From contig JBLDXI010000001.1 of assembly GCA_047495785.1 (NCBI GenBank), positions 5,022,001 through 5,086,000 of the forward strand: a stretch of 64,000 nucleotides of DNA, in the 5' to 3' direction. Source of the DNA: Lepidodermella squamata. Its lineage: Eukaryota > Animalia > Gastrotricha. Below the pieces are notes generated by a model that was not told where the DNA came from, did not search any database, and worked only from the letters and a program-made list of their open reading frames with translations. Of this stretch, positions 11,225 to 21,400 are shown piece after piece. Made by a program: the position numbers and the translations under genes. Each line of letters opens with the position of its first letter. Position 1 is the stretch's first letter.

Positions 11225-13535
11225 TTAGACCGTAAATAATTTTTTTGATGCCGCCTGGCAGTTCTCCAAATATTCGACAACTTCCACTCTACCGAATCCT
11301 GCGCAAACATAAAGAGGCGTATTGAACGCATCAGAAATCATTTATTGAGAATTACGTTGAGCGTCCTGAAGAGGAATGAAGTTCCATCGATCACGAGGTG
11401 TTGGATTACATTCACATTTCTCGATCAACAGCTTTACCAGCTCCAAATGTCCTTCGGCGGCGGCCAAATGTAGGGCTTTTTGTTGGATGAAAAGTGACAA
11501 TACAATTAATTTATAATATCTCATTTACAGCAAAAAAATATAAGCATACCAGTTCTGCCGTCGTAATCTATAGATGATTTACAACTACCTGCATTTATAT
11601 CTTAAGGAAATTAAATATACTAACCTGCAGATGATAAATCTAAGCCTTGGAGGTGAAAGCGTCGCAAAGCGGCGGTATCACCCTTCGCTGCGTAGAAAAG
11701 CATTGCGACTATTTGACTCGATTGACTCTGAGTTTCACGTCGCAGTGGATCGTATTTATGTTTATTGTGAGATAGATTATCGTAGTTGTGAAAATTGAAC
11801 ACGCGGACCAGCTCTTCACAAAATTGAATGCCTCGTACACTGTTACCCAACTCGTCTAAAGGCGGTGACCATGTACAGATTCCTAACACATGGATACTAA
11901 TTTTGACATCGCAAATTTCATTCGGCTATTTACCCATCACATTCGGCACAACTAGCCTGTTGATATAGAAATAAAAATGGAAATAAAAAGAATTAAACAG
12001 ACTCTAAAATGGTCGGCGGAATGGTATAAACACTCACATGATACAACCAGAGACTCCAGATTTAGCCGGTAGACCAACCTTGAAGGCGAATTGGCCTGAG
12101 TAATCGTACATTCCGCAGGAATGCATCAACGACAGCGTGTTGCGCACAGCTTCCCCGGTGAGAACTCTCTCCCCTGTGAGCGGACAAATTCCACCGTTGG
12201 CGAGCTACAAGACACGATTGCTTAAAAAACACTACGATTTGCATTCGAGTTCCCGCTTACCGTTGCAGCCATCACTGCGCACGAATCAGCTGTGACTTCA
12301 ACAGAGCAGAATTGAAAATACAGGTCCAATGTGTCATGGAGGCGAGTTCCAACGGGAAAAACTTTGTTCTCTTGCATGTAATAGCCAAGGGCATAGTTTC
12401 GGTCGGCTGTCTCTCGTTCTGATAAAAACGTAGAATTTGAGAATCCCAAATACTCCCCGCCTGCCAATTTCCTATACTCCCTGAAAACTGTGGCAATCTT
12501 TGCATCACGAGGTTGTCTTGAATATGATAATCAACTAACCGTAATCAAACCTAATAAGTAGTCAAATTATCGGTTTACTTAAAAACATAGTACTCAACAA
12601 CATACCTATCAGCGATGGACCAATCCGTCTTCAAAAGCGACACTGTCGCGATAGCTCCTGCGTTAATCATCGGATTGTGAGGCTGAAGTCAAAAGCTTGT
12701 AGAAGCAATCTAAATCTTCTAAGAAAATAAACTTTGTTGTGATGGTCCAAACTCAGCTCGTTGAAGCTCCGGCCGCTGGGTTCTTGACCGACGTGCATGT
12801 GAACTTCGTCTGGTGTTAAATCGTTTAAAGCAATAGCATAATTAAGAGGTTTGCTGGCTGACTGAAGGCAGAATGGCATTCTGCAGTCGCCCACCGAATG
12901 ACGTTGACCATCCACCGTGCAAACAGAGACAGCCCACAGATGAGGAGAAAACCGAGCTAGCTGTGGGATGTAGTCAGCGACTTTGCCTGTTTCGGTGCTC
13001 TTGCATTTCAGATAGATCTCGTCGAGCACTAAACAGCAAATATAATGAGCATTGCTTGCTTTCTAGCTACCTACCGCTCGAAAATCGCTCGAATTCGGGA
13101 ATAATGAACTCTCCTTTGAGCGCTTGAAAAATTAACTCGCAGTTCTCTTGGACGACCGAAACGAACTGGTCTTTCGAAAGATGCATTCCCTCAAATAGAA
13201 GAATATCCTCCGTGGCTCCACCTTTAGCTCCATCTTTTGTTTTTCTAAATCGGGAAAGCCGCTTGAAAAACTGATTGAGACGGGGATCGGTCTAAAAGGC
13301 AAATATCGCTCAGTATCTTTCATTTGCAATTCACTGTTGCTCACCTTTCTCAGACCAGAGTGAAACAGTAACTTGAGTTCAAAACATGTAAGCAATATTA
13401 GGGCTAATTCATAAACATCCAAACCATACTTGCAAAAATTTGTTCATTGACACGGTGCCTGTCTTTTCGTTTTTCATCAAATCAAATAGCAGATCAAGCT
13501 TGCGAGCATCCGTAGCGGCATTCAACTCGGCAGAT
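11225..13535 (-). CDS. GLS: Glutaminase paralog 2, intron-rich (13 exons mapped; start exon unresolved)
   Basis: Exons 13535-13430, 13371-13345, 13291-13075, 13028-12733, 12682-12606, 12550-12540, 12487-12261, 12204-12038, 11956-11934, 11882-11625, 11567-11550, 11475-11356, 11298-11225. All are GT-AG and splice into one frame colinear with paralog 1. QSASKP intact. Confidence 0.88.
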
Positions 13536-14932
13536 CTGAAATTATCATAACTTTAGGAGAAGCGGCAGAGTTGCTAAATTCATGATAAATGCCATGGAGA
13601 TAAAGGCTGTTTTGTGTTTGATTTGACTTGGTGCAGCTCTCGCACATCTATTTGCATCTATATATATATATATCTCTTCAATAATAATTCGTAGTCTGAT
13701 CACTGGATAAATTTGACATTTGACAGGTCTCCTCTTAAAGCAATTTCGAGCGAAACGAACGCTTAGTTTGCCCTTACAAAACGCATCAGTAACGCGTATC
13801 AGTTCGGAAGCATTGTGAGTCAGCTGATTATCGAATCAGCGCGCCTTATGATCTTCCAGGATATTTTTATAAGATTATTTAAATATCATTTAAAATACAT
13901 TTCAAAGCATTGTTGTAATTTTGTTATTTAAGAAATGTGCGCGCTGAATTTTTGTCGAAGTCCACTTGGTCAGAGTTGAGGGTGAGCAAGTCAAGTCGTT
14001 CTAAACGCTGTTAGCAGGGCTCCCGAGGTGCGCAGCGGTTTGCGGTATCTCTCTGTGCCATGCTGGAGAAGATGGTTATGTCTTTCACAGCCAAGTTGAT
14101 ACGCCATGCTATTTTGCTGTTTCAGCTGGGTGCAGAGTCTATCTACGGCTTCGCTTGGACTCTGACCTAACTCTGATGATGCAATGGGTGTTGCTATTTT
14201 TATCTTTTTTTAGCTAGAAGCTCATTCATTGATATGGTTTACGTTATTCTCTCAACCTCACTAAATGCTAGTGGTGACACTGTGCAGGTATAAGCTATGC
14301 CACCAGCACTGCCAAATGCCAAACTTATGTTTGATAGTTAGTGTATTGGTGTGATAGTTCACAGTTCACCTATCTAATAATCTCCTTGTGCTATTTCAAG
14401 CCCTCTTGTGCTTCTCTTGTGACCTTGAATTTGAATTCTGTCTTTTCCTGAAGTGACGAAATGGCGTCATTTTTTCTGTCGACTCGCAGCTACGAGCTAC
14501 AGTTATGCTCTGAATCGTGAACTCACAAATGTCTCCATTTTTCTACGGCAGAGACTTCTTTGAAACATTACACATATGTGACTTACATTTTTCGCGGAAG
14601 CAAGTAATCATTGTTGTCATCTTCCGATGGTGATGCTGGCGGCGGAGGTGCTTGCTCCTTGAAGTTGATATTCCAGCTATCTGGCAGATTGAGCAGCATA
14701 GAAGCACGTCGACCTCCTAAGCTCAGTCTGCTAAAGGATCTTGACGACATTTCGAGTGCACTTGGCAGTTAAATTCAAAAAATGACCTGATCAGCTTTCT
14801 TGAGAAACCGCATTTTTCTTATATTCACTCTTCTTCATCATCATCTTAGCTGCCCGAGGCTCTTAGTGTTTTTTTCAAGTTGCCTTGAGGCAGATGATTG
14901 ATTGAATTTTGTGTTTTAGGTTCTGCTCTTAG

Positions 14933-15529
14933 ATGAGTAATCTTGTCCTCCAGAAGCGGCTCGCCGCTGCCGTGCTCAAGTGCGGTCGTAATAAGATTTG
15001 GCTCGATCCGAACGAAACTAACGAGATCGCGAACGCTAACTCGCGTCAGACGATCCGCAAGCTCGTCAAGGACGGTCTGATCATCCGCAAGCCGATCGCA
15101 GTGCACTCGCGCTCGCGCTGTCGCCGCAATGCCGAAGCGCGCCGTAAGGGACGTCACCGTGGTCTGGGTAAGCGCAAGGGTACCGCCAACGCGCGTATGC
15201 CCCAAAAGGTGCTGTGGATGCGTCGCATGCGCGTTCTGCGCCGCCTGCTCAAGAAGTACCGCGACAATAAGAAGATCGACAAGCATCTGTACCACTCGCT
15301 GTACCTGCAGGTGAAGGGCAACATGTACAAGAACAAGCGTGTGTTGATGGAGCACATCCACAAGGAGAAGGCGCGCACGCAGCGTTCGAAGCAGCTGCAA
15401 GACCAGGCCGACGCCCGTCGTCTCAAGAAGAAGGAGTCGAAGACCCGCCGGCTGCAGCGCCAGGCGAAGAAGAGCGAGCGCACGACGAGCGAGGGCGGTC
15501 AGGCGCCGGCCACCCAGGCCAAGGAGTAG
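14933..15529 (+). CDS. RPL19: 60S ribosomal protein L19 (eL19)
   Basis: [50 protein letters not shown]. Intronless CDS. AATAAA at 15643. Confidence 0.98.
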   Translation: MSNLVLQKRLAAAVLKCGRNKIWLDPNETNEIANANSRQTIRKLVKDGLIIRKPIAVHSRSRCRRNAEARRKGRHRGLGKRKGTANARMPQKVLWMRRMRVLRRLLKKYRDNKKIDKHLYHSLYLQVKGNMYKNKRVLMEHIHKEKARTQRSKQLQDQADARRLKKKESKTRRLQRQAKKSERTTSEGGQAPATQAKE

Positions 15530-16153
15530 ACTGGTGCATCCGCTGCTGCTGCCGTGTTAGCTTGCGCTTTCGAGGACGCGGGGCTAGAATGAATGATTGG
15601 TTGATAAAACGTGCTATTTCGAAGACGCAAATTAAAGCTATCAATAAAAACGCATAAAAATGATAAAGCCAAAGCAATCGGTGTCTTTTTTTTGTCTTTC
15701 AGTGGTGATATGGTGCTTGAGAATTGGGCTTTCAGCACTCCGAGTACCGTTGAAACAGCTCGGTATTGGCCAGAAGTTATGCTTATATTATTTCGGATCA
15801 TGGGCTGATTTTTAGAGAAAGCCTCTTTTGTAATCTCTCTTCCGAATTCCTGTGTTGAACCCAGAATCTGCATGGGTTATCCCGCTCACAACGGCTGGAT
15901 TCTTTATTCTTTTGATGTTTTATTGCCTGGGAAAACAGCTCTTCCCAGAATTCGATGAAAGAGATGAAAATGCGACCACAATAGTGAATTCGCGTGAATT
16001 TTCAGAAAGTTGTATAACCTGGAGCATTTTCGGTGCCTAAATATAATGTAGACTGAACATGTCTCATGTAAAACTGATGGCATAGTCCGAATTGATTTTT
16101 GTGACACGAGATTGTGGTCCGATTTATACAACCTTCACTGTGTGGCATACCTA

Positions 16154-16774
16154 CCGTCAAATGGGGTGACTTTAGCCAGTGGGGCGACATTGCCATAGGT
16201 TTTTGCGATCGAGTTTAGATCGCACACGCTGTCCATATCTCATGCATGATGTATGTGAAATAGGATGTCAACGGAAAGCCCTGAGTATGCTGAATTTAAT
16301 TATATACCTTGTGTTGCTGTTTGAACAGTATCCAATTCACAAACTGACGTTTGATACTGGCAAAGTCACCCCGCAGACGGTTTAGATGCAGATGGAGCGA
16401 CTTTGCCCTAACTCCAACCGCAGGTGGAAAGGCGGATACCTCTCAAGTGGGGTACCGCTGGATAGCTTGTGTCGGAGATTGCTCGATAATGACAAAAAAT
16501 TTTCTTTTTGATCACACCTGGTCGACTTTAAGAGTCATCTAAATTCTGCCGAAAACTCTATTTTTTAGCTCAACTTTACCTGTGTTTAATCACCAGGCAT
16601 TGTGAAGGGCTGAAGTATGTTCAAGGCATTCCAGCTGGTCTTTTCTTGGGCTTTCCAACGGTACCCCACTCAAGGGGCCTTTATCTTGATACCTCTGAGA
16701 TATGGCTATGCGAAAGTCGCCCCATTTTTCCGTGGCAAAGTGACCCCGACTGGCAAAGTCGCCCCGTTTGACGG
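16154..16774. mobile_element. 621-bp MITE, Tc1/mariner-pogo type (TA target site)
   Basis: TIRs ccgtcaaatggggtgacttt / aaagtcgccccgtttgacgg, with TA on both sides. Internal copies of the GGGG(T/C)GACTTT motif and an internal inverted repeat (ggggtaccg). Confidence 0.8.
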
Positions 16775-17214
16775 TACTCATGAAATATGCCAACATGAAT
16801 TCAGCTACATATGTAAATTAAATTCTGGCGTTTCAGGTAGGTTGGTTCTGGGCGAAAATTCTAGATCGGTGTTTTTCCCTTGCTCATGCCCACCATAATT
16901 ATTTGCAGAATTCCAAGTGCCAATCGATTCGCTTAAAACCAAGGATCAATCATGATGTGTACCGGATAAACACGAACCGATAAGTTGATCACATTAGTCG
17001 AGTCTTTTATTGCCAGCGGTGTTACAAGATGAATTGTGAAATAAATTAAAATTGTATCGATAATAAAATTACACCGTTAAATCGATTAAAATTTCATTGA
17101 ACGAACCCGAAATATAAATTAGCAGTAGCCATGGATATTATATATTAGATCACCATAACGTTGAAAACGAGGAATGTGCGAGGAGAAAAATCACAAAACA
17201 AATACTACACATGT

Positions 17215-18150
17215 CTAAGGCAAATCGAGGCATTTCGCGTCGCCGAGCAGTTTTTGTCCCAGGCTATGCACGTCGCGGACCGTGCCGGCTACGGAACGCA
17301 GGCGTTGGCGTTGCTCCAGCGTGATCGACGTCGCATCTTGCGGCACGATGTTCAGCGTCTTGGCCAGGGGCAGGCAGTACGGCAGGGTGTTGAGCGCCAT
17401 CTGCACGCCCTTCTGGATGAGCCACGGGTGGAACGGCGCCAGAGTCGAGTCGTAAGACACCTTCGCGATCGGCCCCAACGGGTCCTGCTCCTTGGCGTCG
17501 GCGAGGCGCGCGAACAGCTCGGCGACGAAGCCGAGGCCGCGGTGCAGGCGCGTGTATGCGCGGACGCCACTTTCGATGCGCTTCGTTTTGGTGGGCGCGA
17601 GGCCTTGCTCGCCCTCGAACGCCAGCATCGACTTGAGATGCACGTATTTAGCGCCGTTCGGTCCGTTTTGCAGCCCTGTAATGATGCCCATCTTCTCCTT
17701 GATGTCACTTGACATGAAGCCGAACAAACGACCCAGCGAAGCAAAAAGGCTGAGCGAAAAACAAGGAAAATTAGAAATAATTGGGAAATGTCAAAACTGA
17801 ATGGTTTGTATTCTCTACTGAATGATTGCGTAAATAAACATCCAATAAAGGGAAATTTATTGAAGCTCGAAATTTTGAATGTAGACAAAATTTCCATCAT
17901 TCTTAAACGTCGAAAACGTCGAGAAAACGTCCGTTAACCAGAAGTTTTCCCAAAAAATGCTATAGCGGAAGTTTGGCAAAGGTATGTGTGTGCGTGCGAC
18001 TCACATGAGCACCTGGTTGTAGCCGCGCACGAAATGTTCGACCGCGACGTCGTCCTCGCCGGCGTCGTTTTTTGCCAACGCCGCGCTGTAACACTCGTAC
18101 AACACTTCGATGTCGAACCGATCTGCCGCCGCCGCCTCGTTGGATGACAT
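17215..18150 (-). CDS. CPTP: Ceramide-1-phosphate transfer protein (GLTP superfamily)
   Basis: Exons 18150-18005 and 17749-17215 in frame. LGRLFGFMSSDIKEK, SGVRAYTRLHRGL and YDSTLAPFHPW match the CPTP/GLTPD1 pattern. Confidence 0.85.
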
Positions 18151-18492
18151 TTGCCACAACGATTACTGATATATCGCCGAGTTACAACAGCACAACAACG
18201 CCTACTATAAGAAAACAGATGATAATATACAAGCCATGTTTTATTCGAATATTATTTCATGAAAATCGCGTGCTTTACTCCACATTTTCAAGTGGCGAGG
18301 TCACAACGCAGTAAAACTGAGACAAAAACCACACTTCGAATGAGATCGTTCGCAAGGTATCACAATATTTTATAATAAGTAAATGATGCTTGACTCTGAG
18401 TATACTTAAGGTTATGTACATTGAACCACAACAACAAAATTGATTCAACTCAGCATTTGAAATTCGGATTGCTAATAATGTTCGATGGCATT

Positions 18493-21400
18493 TCAGCCAG
18501 ATCGCACTAGTTTGGTAATGTTCTGCAGCTTGTTGTCCTTGATTGCCTCGCGACACGCCGCCACCAGTTCGGTTTTGAATTTCCCCACTGCAAACAAAAT
18601 GTTTGTATAACGAATTGAAAAATTCAAGTTTGGCAACGAATTTCCAAGCGTTATTCGGCGTATTCACTTGAACAAATTGGAAAAAGGAAACGCTCCGTTG
18701 TCATCAGGCCAATTCAAAGACCCGTAATAAAAATGTAAAAAAAAGATGACTTCGAAATCCCATTTTCGGCATTTTCGGGCATTAATTTCACTAAGCAATT
18801 GAAAAAAGAAAAATCGCTTGGAACCTTATAGTTCATTTGACTCAGCTACTGGAAATTTCGCTTGACATTTTATTGGGTTTATTCGGACTAGCACTTGGTT
18901 GAGGATAAAATTGAGGCTGGTCACAGGTTATTCTAAAGGTCGATAAGATTTCGGTATATATTCTCAACTCCTCGAGCCCTTTCATTCAACGTGAATTGTC
19001 AATTTTTCCGTAAGCCGCAATTTGTCAAAATTTCGAAAAAGGCCCATGTAAAAAGGCGTCCTGTTTTTCAGACTATGCTTAATAACGTACCTCTGAGGGA
19101 CGCGGCGGTCTGGATGATGTGGTTGAGGCGGCGGAGGTGCGCGACGAGCTGCTGGTGCGTGTCGGCGCGCAGGCGGTGCTGGTTGACGAGCGCGCGGTTC
19201 GTGGCGTCGAGGTCGAGGACGGCGCGCCGCAGCCCGACCGGGTCCTTGAGGAGGCGCGAGTCCTCGAGCCGCACCACCGCCAGCTTCACGAAGTCGGCCT
19301 GCTCGGCGAGGTCGGACGCGAGCTTGTCGGCGAGCTCGCGGCACTGGTCGATGGCGGCGGCGAGGTCGGCGAGCTCCGCCTCCATCAGCGGCAGGTCGGC
19401 CTTGACGGGCAGGTCGGCGACGCCGAGGAAGGCGGCGAGCGACGCGATCACGGCCGCCGCCTGGTCCGCGTCGTCCGTCGCCAGCGTCGTCGCCCCGCTC
19501 GGCTCCATGTGCAGCACCATCGGCGCGCCCGTCCGGATCGACAGCAGCACCACGTGCAGCGCACCCGTGCCCGGGTAGTACCTACATATAAAACAAGAAT
19601 TGTAAACACATTGAAGTTGAAGCAGCAATAACAGAAAGGCTTGAAGCGCAGACAATTTCGCGTTCAAATTATTCAAAATTAACAACTCTCGACTATGTTT
19701 GGGTACAATCCAAACATTGCACGTTCCAAGCCCCACCATTCCCGCCGAACTTCGAGGAGGGAAATAGCGGACCGAAAGCTGAATTTTGATGCTTCTTATT
19801 ATGATTACGCGAGAAATCGACATTACATGTCGGGAGTGGACTTTGTTCTTTGTATCTACTGCAAACGTACAAAGCGTACAACCGAACTCGGACGATTCAG
19901 CAAAAGCGCCGCGCAGCGATAACCGAGCCGGTGAGTGTTTTGCTCGAAAAAGAACGACGCGTGAATTTTGACCTTGAAACGTCGATTCTGGCTGACCTCC
20001 GAAAACCTGAACCGGAGGTTGACGCGCCTTGAGCGCCAACCGTTAACTTTCATCAACTTCCGTATTCTCGGTTTCCCTGGAAAGTAATTGTCTATGATTC
20101 AGTTTGATGATTCGGCTAAGAGCCTATGATATGATATGGCTGATTCAAAACCATTGCGTAGCTCATCGTCTAGCTTTAGCAGCTGCTGCTAATTCAATCC
20201 AATCGTTGGCTTGAATCGAGAAATCCGTCGAGAATCTCCTTCTGGCACTCTGGACGATGTTCAATTCGGTGCTTATACTCAGCCGCTTCGGTCTCAAATT
20301 TGTAAACCCTTTTTAAAAAAGCCCTGGTAAAGCAGAGCCGAAAATCTGAGCTGTACTTGTGAGATATTTTCCTCTCGTATGCAAGTTTCGCTAACTGAAA
20401 TGCCCTCTGCGATTTTTCATATCCGAGTGGGATTCGAGTAATCAAAGTTGCCGTCAATTGGAGAAAATAGGTATATCCAACTGAAATTAAATCGACGTCA
20501 GCACTCAGTTTTGAGCCAAATTAGAAATCGAAACGTCTCCTCAAAAATCCATTACAAATTTGATCTCTGCGACGAATGAACACAAACAATTCTACGTTCT
20601 ACTCGAAAAAGGCGAAATTTTTGAATAAGGCATCTACCAAAATTTCTGCAGTGGGGTGTCTTTAATCAAGTAGGTATTTCGAATTAGTATGAAAACAGCA
20701 GAATATGGCTGCTCAAAATGAACGACGAATGCTAATGAATAAACTAGAAACTAGCAAATAGACGGTGTACTTACAGATCTTGCGGCAGCAGGAATGACTG
20801 GTTGAGCCAGATGACGACGCGCTCGATGCGCTCCTTCAGCGAGAAGGCGACGTGGGAGCGCGGCTCGGCGATGGGCGCGAAGCACGACGCGTCGTGGAGC
20901 ACGAACGACGAGAAGGTCGCCAGCTGGATCGACGTCTCGAGCACGTGGAACACGGCCGCGTGTCGCTGCCCGACGATCGCCTTCACGTGCAGCTCGGCCG
21001 GCGTGTCGCGCACCGGGCGGATCGGCAGCGCCAGTTGCGTGCCCTGCGGCCGCGACGACGCCGGGTGCAGCACCTCCGACTCGCCGCCCTCGAACACGCC
21101 CTCCGCGAACACCGCCAGCGCCCGGATCTCGATCGCGTCCGTGTTCACCACCGCCGACAGCTTCACGCACGCGTTGCCCTGCGCATCGCCGCTGTTCGCG
21201 CCGCCGTTGCCGCCTGACGAAGCGCCAGATGAGCCGGAACCAGGCCGATTCGCACTGTATGCAAGTAAATTAACATCAGTAATAAAAAAAACTTCGTTTT
21301 TGTATGTGACCAGGAGCAAAAGCTTCACCACTTCGGCCATAATTTTGTGATCCCGAGGGATTTTCTAGACTAGCAACATGTTTGCCGAATTTAGTTTTCA

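Noticed and set aside
11225-13535. Glutaminase copy 2 as a fragmented pseudogene or as an introner-invaded gene
   Set aside because: All breaks resolve as phase-consistent GT-AG introns, and the introns share no sequence similarity or terminal repeats.
14010-14100. Possible tRNA-derived SINE head
   Set aside because: Only a weak A-box-like match; no B box and no second copy in the window.
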